A DNA stretch of 64,000 nt, taken from sequence record PP337211; one strand, written 5' to 3'. The position numbers were made by a program, and so were the translations under genes. Source of the stretch: Escherichia phage ERS-1. Of this stretch, positions 1-12,900 are shown in pieces; position 1 is the first letter of the stretch; each line of letters starts with the position of its first letter. A model generated the notes under the pieces. It worked only from the letters and a program-made list of their open reading frames with translations, was not told the origin of the DNA and made no database searches.

Positions 1-950
1 GACCTGGATGATGATGTCCGTCTGGCTTCCTGTGCCTCTACGCCGTCCTTGGTCTGGTCTCGCGGAGGAGCCCTGAATCTGCGGTTGGTCCCTTGTGGTT
101 CTTGCCCGTTCTCCCGTCCTCGTCCTTCGGGAAGTGGTGCGGCGACCGCTCGGTGTCGTGACGTAGCCGGCGGCCTTCGCCCGGGCTTCGGCCTTTGCCG
201 CTTCTCGATGCAAACGGCCTTGTGGTCGAAGGTGTCCGGGAGGGCCTGACCCTCCGGCCCCGCGGCCTCGAACCTCCGCGCCCCTTCCGCGACCTGGCGC
301 TGACCCTCCGGGCTGTTCGTGAACGGCCGGAAGCGGGGGCGTGCGGGCGGCCATCGGTCGGGAGCCCGAGCTTGCGCTCCTCCCCTCGCCCGCCTGTCCC
401 GGTAGGACCTGCCGGTAGATTTCCTTGGCGTCCTTGCGCTTGATCCCCGCCTGTCCGCCATCATCCGGTGGTTGTCGGTGTTCGGGTCGTTGCGGACTGT
501 CCCGGGCTTCGATTGTGGACCTGCCCTGCTGGTGCCCGTTTGGTCTTTGCCGGGTGGCGTAGTGGACCGCCTTGCGCGGCTCCTGCTGGCTGTAGTCGTT
601 GGACGCCCTGTGTTGGCCTTCCTCCGGGAGGTAGATGGCCCGCCGCGGCGGCGAACTCTTCCCCAGCCGGTCGCTGCTGGAGGTTCGGGTGTTCGCTGGA
701 CTGTCGCCCGTAGGCAGGCGCCGCGGTCCCGTCGCTTTCGTCTCTTCCCTTCCGGCGGCGGAGCTGGTCGAACGTCCCGTGGAGGCGCCGTTCGCCATGT
801 GGTCCGGGACGGACTGGCGAAGGTCGTGCGCCTTGTTTGCCTTCCGGCGCGTTCGAGGAGGCTCTGCCTCGGGTGGCTGATTGAGCCCTGGCTCCTTGTC
901 GATGTTGGGCTTGCCCTGGGAGGTTGTTCGGCTTGATGCCGATGTGTTCG
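1..950 (-). pseudogene. Frame-disrupted paralog of the small-gene cluster at 43,456-44,300; runs off the window edge
   Basis: Track ORFs 195..443(+) and 43874..44089(-) give near-identical off-frame peptides (…VEGV[R/Q]EGLTLRPRGLEPPRPFRD…); 461..1336(-) 'LRRRKGRDESDGT' matches 43493..43939(+) 'LRRRKDDESDGT'. Hand alignment shows substitutions plus indels. Confidence 0.35.
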
Positions 951-959
951 AGGGCGGGG

Positions 960-1790
960 GCGATCACCTCTGGCTTCCCGGTACGCTGCGGTGATCCGGT
1001 GGCCGGTGATCGACCGGACTTGGGCGTGGGCCTCCGTCTCCTTCTCCGCGCCGGGCTGGTCGGTTGTCCTGGCGGTCGCGTCGATTGCACGCCCCGGCGG
1101 CGAAGGCCCGTGAGGATCGGGGCAGGCCGGACTCCCTGGTGCAGGTTGCCCCGGGTCCTGCCGGACCTCCCGCTCCTGACGGCGGAGGATGTTGGGTGCG
1201 CGTGTCCTCCTCCGCGCACTTCCCGAGGCCTTGGCCGGAGGTCCCGGTTGCCCTTCTTCGGGCAATCCTGTACCACCGCGGCGGCGCGTGCTTCGTCCTT
1301 GCCGTGGAAGCCCCACCGCTCCGCGATAGCTTGCATGCTGTAGCCGTCGTGGAGTTTGGCAGTTGCGGGTCTGCGATCTGGATGTCACGGAAGTAGCGGA
1401 CCCGCTCCAACTCGAGTGCCGTCCCCGGCGAGGAAGTCCGTTGGTGCCAGGTTGGCCTCCCAGGTCGCCGGTGAGCACCTTTGCCGGGCGCGGAGGTAGG
1501 CCGGTACGCCCTCCGGCCGGTAGGTTGCCCCCGCCTTCGCGTCCGATGGGGAGTACCCGCCCGGGCCGTCCTCGATTGCGAAGCTGATGCCGGTGATGTA
1601 GCTGTTCGGCGACGGCCCGCCCCGGCCCCGAGCTCTCGAGGTCCGGTCCCCGCGTTCCTGCCGATGGCGACCCGCTCGGCCCTCCCACCAGGGAGGGTGC
1701 TGAGGTCCGGGGCCTCCCTGTCGCTGGAGACGGTCGTGAACAGGGTGGTTGGAGGTATGAGGCTTGGCTCCCACCTCCGCAATCATCTTG
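960..1790 (-). CDS. Hypothetical protein, frame-disrupted (segments …TTLFTTVSSDREAPDL…, …SYITGISFAIEDGPGGYSPSDAKAGATYRPEGVPAYLRA…, …LELERVRYFRDIQIADPQL…)
   Basis: High-GC3, protein-like segments on the minus strand in three successive frames, each displaced by -1. Confidence 0.3.
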
Positions 1791-4700
1791 CGCGAGGTTC
1801 AGGTGCCGCGGTCTGGCTCCGGGTCGGACTCCCGGAAGGTGAGGATGTGGACCGCTTCGGCTCCGTCCTCCGTCCTGCCCGTTCGCGGCGGCGAAGGCGT
1901 CCGGCATGACGACGGGGCGGAGCGGGGCGAGGACCCCGTTGCGGGCGCCGGACCCTCTCCCGTAGTGGATCGCCTTCTCGGAGGTCCTGGCGCGGGTCCT
2001 CGTGCTCTTGCGGTTGCGGGTCGCGCACTGGTCGCGCGGCCTTCGGTGTAGCGGAGGCCGTTGGTTCCTCCCAGCTCCTGTGTTGGACGGGCGAGCGGCA
2101 GCGCTCATCCGTCCTTGCTTTTCGTTTTGTCCTAACTCTCTTCCTTTGGTTTTGCAGCCGGAGCGTCTGCTGGCGGTAGTAATACCGGGAACCCCGCCTC
2201 CCCGTCGGTGTTGTATGGACCTTGCGGAGGTGCGCGAGTTCTTCCGTGTCGAAGGCGTAGAACTTCTGCTGCGGGCTCCTGCCGGTTGCTGGCCTCTCCA
2301 GTTGTTCGCGCACCACCTCCTCGAGAAGTCCGAGAGACGGCGATGCGGCTGGCGCTTCGCTGCCCGCAAGGGCGCACGGGTTCGGACTTCGGCCCCGCTC
2401 TCCCGTCACCGTCTTGCCTCTCCGGACGGCGCGACCGCTTCGTTGCCCGTGCTCCTCCCGGCGCTGCCCTGGTCGAGGGCGTCCGCGGCCTTTGCTGTCC
2501 TCCTCGTCGGGAGAAGGCCCGGGAGGTGCCTGGTCGCCTGTCGCGGCGTTCCGCGGCCTCCGTGCCCTTCCCCAGTTCGGGTGGTTCGCTCTCGCCGGGG
2601 CCGGCAATGTCGCCTGGCGGAACGCTCCGCGCAGTCGTGCCGCTTGGACCGCCTTGACAGGTTCGGCGACGGGTGCGGGTGGAAGGAGGCTCGACGCCGT
2701 AGCTGCGCTGGGCGATGTTGTACTGACCGTGGTGCGGGACGATGTGGTCCGGTGGACCGTCCCGGCCTCCCGGGTCGCGGCGATCCGGGCGGAGCGGCGG
2801 ACGGCGCGGCGGTTGGCTCCTCCGCCTCGCGCTCCTCGTCATGAATCTTGCTTCCCTGGCTTCCCTTCGTCCGCGTCTCCTCCCTGCCGCGCCGTCGTCA
2901 TTGCCTGGGCCTCGCGGGCCTCGAAGGCGGCGCGGCGGCGTTGATCCGTTTCCTTCCCCGGCCGTCTTCCCGTCGGTGGCGGCGACGTTCTCCGCTCGCC
3001 CCGGGCGGCGTCGAAGCGGAGGGGTTGGACGCTTGAAAGCCTTGTGGGCCTTGAGGTTGGGATTGCTCGCGGCGGAAGAAGGGTTGCGGAAGCCGTCGGC
3101 GTCCGGCTCGCCGGTGCCCGGCTCCTGGTCGCCTTCCTGCCGGTCCGTGGAGGCTTGAAGCGGAAGGGCTCCGCGATCCCGGCGGCGTAGGGGTCGGGCG
3201 TTCCTTCCCGGGGTGTTGGGTTGGCGGCGAGGTCCGCGAGCGGGCGACCTTGCCCAGTACCCTCATCGGCGTGGAAGTTGGCGCTGACTTGGCGGTAGAT
3301 GCCTTGTTGGCCCGAGGTCCGGCGACGTCGGCGGAGGTAGCTGAAGTGGACCGCGTTGGCCCCTGTAGGCTCCCCGGGTCCCGTCGTCGGAGCGGTTGGT
3401 GCGGTCATGTCCGGCCGACCGTCGTGATCTGGAAGATGGCCTGAAGGTTGGCAGGGGAGGTCCTTGCCTTGGCGGCCTGGTCCGCGTCCGCGCTCCTGTC
3501 CAGGACCTGGCGGTGGTCATCGCGGTTCGCCTTCGGGCGGCGATGATCTTGGGCAGTGGTCCTCGAAGAAGTGCTGGCGCCCTGCGGAAGCCGTAGGCCC
3601 CGTGGAAGGTCCTGCCGTCGTCCAGTAGCTGCGCTTGCGACCGGCGAAGCGGGGCGCGCATTCCGCGTCATTGCGTCTGCCCAGCATCCAGAGGCTTTCC
3701 ATCAGGTGGAAGAAGGGGTTGGCGTCCCGTTCTGCCCGGCGCGCTCCGCCGGCGGAGGCGCCGGTGGCGACGGGTTCCGGGCGTCAAGCGGGGCCGTTGC
3801 GCGAGTCGCGGCGGACGCCCTCGAAGGACCTGTCGAGAGGGCCTCCCGGGAGGGCCTGTTGTACGTTGCGGGCTTTGATGACTTTGTCTGTTAATTTGAA
3901 GATGACGTTGCCGGTCCGGCGAAGGACGCGGAAGCGGTTTGCGGGTGGTGCCCCGTTAAGCCGGCGTTCGGTTCGCGGATCGGGGGCGATAGCCCGGGAC
4001 GGCGATTTTAACCGCGAAGGGGCGGGCGAACTGCTCCGCCTCGGCCCGGTTTCATTGTTTCTGACCGTGGTGACGGAGTTCGTGACGGCCTCCGCGGAGG
4101 ACTTCGCCTTGGACTTCTCCGCGTCCGCTCGTCCCGGGCCTCTTCTAGGTGTCGGTGGTGGCTGTGGGCGCTTGGCGTGGTGTACCGGCGTTGTACTCGT
4201 GGGACTTGGCGATGCGGCGGCGCTCCCCGAGGTCGCGCGTGCGAAGCGTTGGCCCTCGAACTGGACCTTGACGTCGCCGTGGTCGGCAAGAAGCCGTCCG
4301 GCGCCTGCCCTTCCCGCTTGCGGAGCGGTTCCGGGTAGATGTCGTTGTACACGGCGTCCCCAGGGTGAACTTCTCCGCCTCCCTGGGCTTTTTTCGCGGG
4401 CCTCGAAGGCGTGCTGAGGACCCCTTGCCGCTCGCGGATGTAATTGGACCCGGCACCTGCCCGAACCTGGCCTCCAGTTCGTCGATGCCGCCGGAATGGT
4501 CCGGCGGCGAGGTTTCGATCCGGCGAGGGTGGTTGCCTTGCGCCGTGGTGCTCCAGCGGGTTTCTTGCCTTCGTCGGTGGTGCGCTTGCTCGTCGAACTT
4601 GGCGTGTGTTCGATGTCCCGGGCCTCGAACCGCGGCCCCCGCGCGGGCTCCCGAGCTGCGGCGGTCCGAAGGTTTCGTCGAAGCCCCGGGCGTCCGTGTT

Positions 4701-5332
4701 GGCTTGGCTTCGGCTCGATCAGTTTCCGCGTTCGTCTGCTCCGGGCGGGGCTTCGCGGCGAGGTCGTGCCCTGCTGGCGGTCGAGCCCGCGGATCGCCCC
4801 GGCAGGGCGTTGGCCGGTTCCGTGACGTCCTGGGCGTCGTGGTAGCGGGTGTGGCGGAGGTCGGTCACCGTTGCCCGGACGGCCCCCGCCGACCAGCGGT
4901 GCTGCTGGAATTTGGCCCTGCGCTTTCGAGGGTCGGAACCCGCGGAACCTTGGGGCTGCACTTGGCGGGCTCCGCGTCGCGCGCCCGTTCCTCGCGGTCC
5001 TCCCGGTACGGCCCGGCAATCTCCGCGATGTAGCGGTGCTTGGTCCGCTGTACCCTCCTTGGAGGGGTCGGACTCCGCGCGGATCGTGAGGCTCCGGGCG
5101 CCGCCTTGTTGCCCGCGGCGGCGTAGTCCTCCGGCGCTTCGCCGCTTCGCGGGCTCGAGTCCTCCCCTTTGCCGGGTTCCCGGCTCCGCCTTGTCCTGGA
5201 GAGCGGAGGGTGTCGGCTGTTGATGTAGCGGGCGATGGTGAGGGCGGGTCTTGTAAGGTGCGGGTGGTCCGCGTAGGGCTTGCGGATGTTCTCCTGGTCC
5301 TGGTCGTCCCGGGTTGGCTTCGCGGCAAGATG

Positions 5333-6003
5333 TTAGGGTACTGCCGCCCTCGCGAACCGGGTCCGCGGTCCGGGGCCGGGCTTCCCGGCCTTGCGGTCGG
5401 TAGACGTCGTGCCGGGCCCTTGAAGGCGGCGATGTCGTCGACGCGTGGGTGGTCGGTTCGGGGTCCTGGTCGGGCTCTCGATGACGGCCTTGATGTCCTT
5501 CGGGGCCGTCTCCCTGTGGATGTCGCGGACCGTCTCGCCGTCCGCCGTGGCCTCTCGCCGGACCCGGGCGATGGTGCGGTGCTTGTCGGCCTCTGGTTCT
5601 CCTCGACGGGCTTCCCGCCGTCGCGCTCCTGGATGTGCTTTGGGCTTCCAGCGGCGTGTCCTGAAGGCCGGGTTGTTCCGCCGTTCGCCTTCGACCCCTG
5701 CGCGTATGTAGATGGGCACTGACACCTCGCGCCCTCCAGCCCTACCGCCTTCACGTCCGGGCCCCGCCAACCAGCTCCGCGACGGCCTTGGCCGCGGCTT
5801 GGGTCTTGATCCGGTCCGGACCGGCGGTGGTCGCTCCGGCGGCGGCGGGGGTAGTCCCCGATGATGGCGATGCCGCCCGGCGCGTCGCCGGGATCGGCTT
5901 GTGGTCCGGGACGATGACGTCGATGACGTGGCCTGCGGATCGCGGTCCTGGCTGCGGGTGTGGTCTTGCCGGAGCCGTTACTGCCCTGCGTGATGTACTT
6001 CAT
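5333..6003 (-). CDS. P-loop NTPase with N-terminal Walker A (MKYITQGSNGSGKTT), kinase-like layout; 3' extent uncertain, frame-disrupted
   Basis: ATG at 6003 preceded by GGAGA 8 nt upstream on the minus strand; GxxGxGKTT motif; frame shifts -1 about 30 nt after the motif (…GHVIDVIVPDHKPI…). Confidence 0.35.
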
Positions 6004-6314
6004 CTTGGGTTCTCCACCGGTTGAAAACGGCGGAGCCGGAGCCCCGCCTGGTTGCTGTTGGTTGCGTGATCGGGATGATCTTGCGCTCGCCGCCGTCCTC
6101 CTCCGGCGGGTCTGGTTCCACGATCTTCTTGAAGTCGGGCGAGCGGCCTTCGCCGCTCCGGCTGGTTCCGAACCGGCGGGCTTGCCCTTCGTCCGCTGTC
6201 CGCGCGGTGGAGACCTGCCGGTGGGGCGCGTCCCTTGACCTCCTGGAAGGGCTGGCCCGTCGGTCCGGTGAAGGTTCGGCACGCGCTGGCCGTGGCCGGT
6301 CTGCGGTGATCATT

Positions 6315-7448
6315 TCACGCCTTCCAAAGCCAGTGCCGGCTCCGCCGGCTCCGGGCTTCCCGCGGCGGGTCCAGGCGTCGCGTAGGTCGGTTGCCGTGCT
6401 CGTCGCCAGTTCCGGTACCTGGCCGGTGGGCTTCGACCCGGCACGGCTCCGCGATGGTCTTTTCGGGCTCCGGCCTGGTTCTCCGCGGGCTGTCGGCCAA
6501 GGCTTTGGTACGCTCCGGTCCGAACCGCTTTGGAGGCGTTCGATCATTGCCGGGGCCCGCTGTAGCCCGCCTCCCGAATTTTCGGCGATTGTGGTCGTTG
6601 CCGACCGCGGCCTGGTGCTCCAGCGTGTGGCGGATGTCGTCGTGGGTGACGATCCCCGGGATCTGCGGATTGACCTGAATGGAGGTGTAGATGCCCTGAC
6701 GGCGCTCGGCCATTTCGTCAGATGGTCCTGAAGGCTGATGGCCCCGGCAGGCCGTGCCGTTGTGGTCGTTGCCGGTGTTCTGTGACTTCTGGGCGTAGCT
6801 GTAGGGGTTCCGCTTCGGGTGCCCATGGCCCGTGACGGTAGCCGAGACGGCTGGAAAGAAGATGGTGCCGGGCTCCCGAAGGCTTCCGCCCCCGCCGGGC
6901 GTTATGGGCGCCGTCCCGGTTGGGAAGGGGTCCGTGAAGCTGGAGAAGTAGCCCGCGGCGGAGGTCCGGGACTTCGAGAGGGTTTGCGGACCTGCTCGCC
7001 GGAGTTCGCCGGGACGCCGATGAGGCCGGTGCCGCGGTAGCCCCGGAACCCGCTGTCGACGTAGCAGGCGCGTGCCGCCTGTAGCCCTGGAGGTTCGTTG
7101 ATCGCCTCGCTGAAGGGGCGGGCGCGGGAGCCTCGCTCGTCGTTGCGCTTGTCCTGGTACCTGCCCTGAAGGGGCTTGGCGTTCGGGATGCGGATGTGCG
7201 GGAGGTAGGTGACGTCGTTTGAAGCGGCAGGCCCTCCACCTCCTTCTTGTCGTCGTCCTTCGCGTCGCGGACCTTCCCCTCTGCCCTTGCCGGAACTTCG
7301 CGCGGCTGGTCCTGTGGGTTTCCTTCTCCCCCATCGGGTCCTGGAACTCCCGTTGGTTCGGTCCGGCGGGCGAAGACTTGTAAGCCTCCTGCAGCGGCTT
7401 CGCCGGTTCTTCTGTCCTTGCCGCGTGGTCGGTGCCATTCTCCTTCAA
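6315..7448 (-). CDS. Hypothetical protein, frame-disrupted ([24 protein letters not shown]… / …[24 protein letters not shown]… / …[27 protein letters not shown]…)
   Basis: TTG start at 7448 as in the ORF track; four consecutive high-GC3 segments each shifted by -1; CTTTACTTCTTCCGG motif 22 nt upstream. Confidence 0.4.
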   Translation of the reverse strand: MKENGTDHAARTEEPAKPLQEAYKSSPAGPNQREFQDPMGEKETHRTSRAKFRQGQRGRSATRRTTTRRRWRACRFKRRHLPPAHPHPERQAPSGQVPGQAQRRARLPRPPLQRGDQRTSRATGGTRLLRRQRVPGLPRHRPHRRPGELRRAGPQTLSKSRTSAAGYFSSFTDPFPTGTAPITPGGGGSLREPGTIFFPAVSATVTGHGHPKRNPYSYAQKSQNTGNDHNGTACRGHQPSGPSDEMAERRQGIYTSIQVNPQIPGIVTHDDIRHTLEHQAAVGNDHNRRKFGRRATAGPGNDRTPPKRFGPERTKALADSPRRTRPEPEKTIAEPCRVEAHRPGTGTGDEHGNRPTRRLDPPREARSRRSRHWLWKA

Positions 7449-7469
7449 CTGTGAAAGTCAGCGCCTTAC

Positions 7470-7484
7470 CCGGAAGAAGTAAAG
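7470..7484 (-). promoter_or_regulatory. Recurrent intergenic motif CTTTACTTCTTCCGG (coding-strand sense)
   Basis: Plus strand reads ccggaagaagtaaag; lies just upstream of the gene starting at 7448. Confidence 0.4.
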
Positions 7485-9811
7485 CGGCGTTAATTCGGCC
7501 CGGCTCGCCCGTCGCTTCCGGGCGGCTCCCCTGGCCTTCGTCTCCTCCGAACGCCGGCGACCGGCGAACTGCCCGGAACCGTGCGGCGACCCTTCCGCGT
7601 CGGGTCGTCTGGTTGTCCTTTTGGGACCCGAGGGTGAACGCTTGGGGTTGACGGTGGCGGTCGGTCGCTGTGAACCTGGCGTCACCGCTGTCGGGGATCG
7701 GCAATTGTTCGAAGGGCTCGAGGATAGCCGATTCCTGCCGCTTGTAGTCGATGTTGGCGTGTACCGTGCTGAAGTACCTGGAGCAGGTCGGGTCCTGTGC
7801 TCCCGTCTCCGGGTCCTCCTTACAGCGGGCGTTTAGGTGAGCCGGTCCGTCACGGTTACCGATGTTCGGGCGATGGGGCGTGGATGGACGGAAGCCTGTC
7901 GAGCGGGTCGCTGCGTTTCGGCTTTTGGGACGGTAACGGGTTGGGGAACGGGGCGGAGGCGTCCCGGGCCGCGTCCGCGTACCCGTAGCCCTCGTCCGGA
8001 TGGGTCGATCCGGTTGCCCGGTCCGGCCCGCGGCCTTCTCGATGTACTCCCGGCTGGCGTCCTGGCTCCGCAGATCCGCTTGTGGAGGATGACGTCGTAG
8101 TTGCGGAGGCTCGCCTCCTCCAAGCCCTCGAGTGCCCGGCGGCGACCGTCCCCCGAGCCGACACCGATGACCGGGTCCCGGCAGTCCGGGAGGTGCGGGG
8201 CGGTGCGGACGGCCTCCGCGGCGTTCTCCGTGATCGACTCCGGGAGCTTGGGGCGTTGGCTGTAGCTGTCGTGGTAGTTCTCCTGGTGCTCTGGCCGGAC
8301 GGGCGATCGCGGAGCGGCCCGCCGGGATGTCCAGGTCCGCCCCGAGCTGGCGAGCGTGCTGCTGTTGGACGCGCGGGCGTCCGCGGCCCCGTCGCGCTTG
8401 AAGCGGGGCCCGTAGTTCGCTTGCACCCGTTCCCCAGCTGCTGGCGTAGGCGACCGCCCTGCCCGCCTTCGAGCGGCACGTGTCCGGCTGCCGATGGTGG
8501 TTCTTCTGCTGGTCTCGATATGGGCGAGGCCCCGTGAATCTCGCTGAAGGACGGACCCGGAGCGCCCTGCTCTCCCGCTTCAGGATCGGCACCCCGTCAG
8601 CTGGTGTTCGACCGGGGCGTCGTTGACGATTGTTGCTGCTCTTGGGCGTGGTCGAGGAAGGCCCGTGCGGCGGAGGCGGCCTGCCTCGGTCGAGCCCGCC
8701 GTCGATTTCCCGGATGTCGTTCCGGGTGGGAGCTGGCCCTTCGCGGGATTTTCCGGTTTGCCGCCGCACCGTCTCCACCTTCTGGATGTTCGGCGGGCGG
8801 TTGCCGGGTGGGGCGAGGTCCGCGAACTGCCGGTTTGTAAGTCCGCGACCCTGGGCGATCGCCTCGCGCTTGGGCTTCGCGTTCTCCGGGTACTCGTGAG
8901 CCTCGCGCCGCTCCGCCGTCGCGGCCTTCTCCGGTCCTTGAAGCGAAGACGGCGGCGTTGTCCGAGTCCGCCGGCATCTCGACCGGTTCCGGCTTGTCGC
9001 GATCTTGAAGCTGATCGGGACTGAAGCCGTTGTGCTCCTGGGCGCGGGCGGAGACGGTGCGGAAGGGGCGCTCCTCCTCCGTCGCCCGGGCTCCCCGGTG
9101 GGTGCCCCGCCTCCCGGGCGGTCGCCGAGCGGGCCTGGAGGGAGGTCCCGCAGTCGGCGGTGCGACCCTGGCCTGTAGCGGCGGCGCTCGCGTCCCCGGA
9201 GGCCTGTGACCCCCGGCGGGCGTCTCCTCCTCGTGGTGGGCCGCGACGTCCCTTTGCGGAACCTCGCCCTCCTTCTCCAGGAAGGAGGCGACCCCGGCGT
9301 GGAGTAGCTCCAGGTTGAGGCTAGCCTGTGGGCGGGTGGAGAAGTCCCCCGCCTGCCCGCGCCGAACCAGGGCCGTGCACACGGGGTCGGATCGCGGTGG
9401 TGATCCGGTGTCGGCCGGGAACGTCTCGATGTCCGGTTGGGGCAAGTTTCTGCCGTGTCTTTTCTCTGGTATGCGTGACCGATTTTCCCGCTCGTGTCCT
9501 TGCACATGTCCGGTTGGGTAATTGGCGACTGAAGGAAGGCTCCGTGCGGACTTCTTCGTTGACGTGAATACGGGATGGACCGTCTGCCCTTGCCGTCGCC
9601 GTCCTCCGTGATCCGGGTGAATCCCGCAGGTAGCTTGAGGGCTCCCTTCTGTATCCCCGCTCCGCCGGGCACCTCCGGCGGAGGGTAGCCGCGTGCGCTC
9701 CGAGGCTCCCAGTGGCCTTGCCCTGCTTGGGCTGGCGGGCTACCGGCGGGCGTCCTGCCTTCGGCGGACTTCTGCGGCTCGTGGGCCGGGATCGCGTGGC
9801 CTTCCGGGACC

Positions 9812-10390
9812 TCACGTGGAACCGCTTGTGCCGTCCGCGGCGAAGGCGGAGCGGCACCCGCAGCCCTTCCGCTTCATGTCCTGCTGAAGCCGGAGGGCGT
9901 GGCTCGGTCCGGGCTTGTTGCTGCCCGGGCTTCGACCTGTTCCTGCCTTGGTCGTCCGTTTCGGGGCGGGATCCTGTATGTCGGGAGACGCCCGCTCCAG
10001 CCCTCGCGGCGGGGATCGGGGCGTGGCCCGGGCGGCCGTGTCGGCGCCGCGCGGGGCGCGGGCCTTCTTCTCCTCCGCGGACTTCGGAGCCTTCTGGGCC
10101 TTCGGAGGCGACGGGGCGGGGGTTGCGGTTTGTTTGCGGTTTCGACCTTCTGGGTTCGGCCTGCTCTGCCGCTCAAACTTCCGGGTGCGCTTCGGCATAA
10201 CGCGCCAGGCATCTTCTGGTGTGGGGCAATGGCGGTGGTCTTGTTGGCGAAGCGGCGCACGTTCGGACGGACTTGCCGTTGCGGAAGGTGCCGATGACTT
10301 CGTCGGACCTGCTCGACCAGGGCTGGGCCGGAGGGCTCGCTGGGAGGCTTCGGTGTAGGCGACGTTGTCGAAGTTGATGGTGTTGGCGGT
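9812..10390 (-). CDS. Hypothetical basic protein, frame-disrupted (…[14 protein letters not shown]… / …[50 protein letters not shown]…)
   Basis: AAAGGAG-like SD near 10,400 on the minus strand; frame cycles F3 to F2 to F1 to F3 (all -1); stop at 9812. Confidence 0.35.
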   Translation of the reverse strand, partial: TANTINFDNVAYTEASQRALRPSPGRAGPTKSSAPSATASPSERAPLRQQDHRHCPTPEDAWRVMPKRTRKFERQSRPNPEGRNRKQTATPAPSPPKAQKAPKSAEEKKARAPRGADTAARATPRSPPRGLERASPDIQDPAPKRTTKAGTGRSPGSNKPGPSHALRLQQDMKRKGCGCRSAFAADGTSGST

Positions 10391-10454
10391 AGGCTCCTTT
10401 TCTGGGGTTGAGGTGCGATCTTGTTCGACCGTGAGAGAATCTTAACCCTGGCCC

Positions 10455-10468
10455 CCGAAGAAGTAAAG
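10455..10468 (-). promoter_or_regulatory. Recurrent intergenic motif CTTTACTTCTTCGG
   Basis: Plus strand reads ccgaagaagtaaag, about 60 nt upstream of the SD of the 9812-10390 gene. Confidence 0.4.
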
Positions 10469-12900
10469 TGGTTTGACTAACTTTTTCAGGTTCTCGGTCC
10501 GAAGGCCGGGTGCCCGTTGGACGGCGGAGGGCGAACCGTTGAGGCCTTCTTCCCTGAAGGCCCGGGCGGCGTCCCTCGTGCCCTGGTTCTCCTGTACCGG
10601 CTGGTTGCGCCCCGAGGTGTGCGGTACCCTGGCGACCTCGAAGCCCTGCGACGTCCTGGCAAACCCTTGCCGGTGGAAGTCCTGGCGCTGGGCCGGATAG
10701 CCGAAAGCCTCTGCGACGTCTCCGCCGGGTCAGGAGGATGACGTGCCGACCGCCGGTGGTGGGCCTCCACCGCGGCCGCGGGCACCCCGCGTCCCGGGCG
10801 GGCCGCTTGTCGTCCCGCTTCCGGCGCCCCGGGAAGGTGTGGAGGGTGTCGGCGCGGTCGAAGGTCTTGAGGTAGTCCTTGGCGATAGGCCCGCCTGCTT
10901 CGCCCTACGCCCTCCCGCGGAGGACCGCGGAGGGGAGCCAGGGGCCGGTCGGGTCCGTGTTAGGTCCGGCGCTGGCCGATGAGTAGGGGCTTGTTCGGTT
11001 CTTCGGGCTCCTCGCTTTCTTCTGGTGACGTTTGGTTTGAGGGCTCGCTCTGTACCGGGATGGCCCTTTGGGGTGTCCTGGTTGCGCGAAGGAGGAACCC
11101 GGCCGGTGAATCTGGGTACCGCCTTCTGTCTGTCCTTTGCACCCTCTCCGTCCGGTGGCCGGGTCGACGCGGTCCGGCTCGCCGGCTCCTCCGCCGGGGC
11201 GTCCGCTTCGGGCTCGCCGCCGTCTCTTCCTTTGCCAGGATGCCCACCGCTTCCCGCCGGGCGGAAGGTCGTGTGCCCTTCGCCCCGCCTTCCCTGGTGC
11301 TGGCTGTGTCCCAGTCTTCCCGCTGATGTCGGAGCTGCCGCCGCTCCGCTCGCCGCGGAACGACCCGCTGGGCGGCGACGGGCGGGGCGGCGACGTGTTC
11401 CTGGACGGTGACGCGGGAGGGGCCTTGCCGCGGACCCGAACGCGGTCCGTAGTCCCCCGCCTTCGCCTCGCGGGCCGCCTGAACTCGACGGCGGTGCGGT
11501 CGAAGCTGTAGGCGAGTTCGGCCGGACCGGAGCTGACGTTGTCGGGCGTGCCGACGGTCCCGGTCGGGGCGATGGAAGTGAGGTGGGAGTTGCGGATGCC
11601 GTATTTGGCGATGGCGTCCTGCGTCCTCGCGGAGGGTCTTGATGAACTGGCCCTGAAGGTACTTGTCCTTGTCGAACTTCGGGAAGGAGCCCTTGACCTT
11701 GGCGATGTGGGCGCTGCCTGGTAGGCTGCGCGTGCGCGTGTCGGTACCCTGCCTCGAAGGCGAGGAAGGCGGGCGAACCGTACGCGGCCTGGCTTCGCGC
11801 GTTGCCCTGCCGGCGATCCCGAGGCCCTTGCGGCGCTTGTCCTTGGCTTCCTGCTTCTGCTGCGGCGGGTACATCGCGCCATCAACCCGTTGCCATCGCG
11901 CGGACCACCTGCGGATGTCCTCGCGGACTGGTCCCGTCGAAGGCGTAGCGGCCCGCCCCGTCCTCTAAGATGTACTTGACCTGTTGAAGGAGCCCAGGAG
12001 GCAGGCACCGTAGGGCGGCAGGGGTTGCTCGCCGGTGGGGTTCGTGGCGGCGATGGTCTGGCGTCCTGGCGCTCGTTTGCGGTTGATCGCGTCGATTAAT
12101 GGCGTACCCGGCTCCGCCTGTCCCGTTCGTGCGATCGCGTCCTGGCGCCTGGGCGTCGCTTCGCGGGCAGGTCTGGCCCTCGAAGGTGAGGGGAACGGCT
12201 CGCCGGAGGCGATGCGGCGCTGCCTTGTCGGTGATGGCGACGGAGACGTTGAAGCTGGTTGCTTTGGGTCTGCCGAAGGAGACGGGCCGCCGCTTCTGGG
12301 CTCCCTCCGGGAGTTGGTCCAGGTCCGGCGGCTGAACGTCCTTCCCGGGTTGCTTGGCGTGAATGAACTCCTCGATGTCGGGATGGTCCGCGGATCGTTG
12401 TCCGGGCTCCGCGGCGATGGCCGGCAGGAGGCGACGGCTGGCAATCGCGTCGAAGATGTGGGTGAAGCTGATGGGGCCGGAGGAGTGGGACTGGAGCTTG
12501 CGGATCGGTCGCCGCGAGGACGGAGGGTGCTGAAGTCAGGCCGATCCCCGCCGCCCTTCCCCGGTATCGCGTGGCCGCGGCTTCCGCGGCCCGGATCGCT
12601 TGACGGAGCCTTCGCCGTCCCAAGCTGTCGTTGATCGTCCCGGAGACGTAGGTTGTATGGCGTGACCTGGCGAGTGGAGCCCGTTTGCGGACTGGATGCG
12701 GCCCGCCGGGAGGAAGCTGCGCCTGGAGGGCGTCCCGGAAGTCCGCGAAGTGCTGGTCATTGTTCCTTCAGGGCCGCGGCGATCCGGTTCGATGGCCTCG
12801 CGGAAGGACTCGCCGCTGCCGCGGTACTTCTGGGCGTGTAGTTCTTGTGAGTAGGGTACTTGAGGACCTGTTGTGAGTCTCCTGAAGGGTTGAGGGCTTT

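Noticed and set aside
3784-9672. Very long minus-strand ORFs in the six-frame track (e.g. 6718..9672 at 984 aa, 3784..6282 at 832 aa; likewise 31585..34143 and 38878..41229) as single large genes
   Set aside because: Their translations are R/P/G/T-rich and alternate between real-frame and off-frame segments. Protein-like, high-GC3 stretches switch frame every ~50-150 nt, so these are mixed-frame read-throughs typical of high-GC DNA with few stops.
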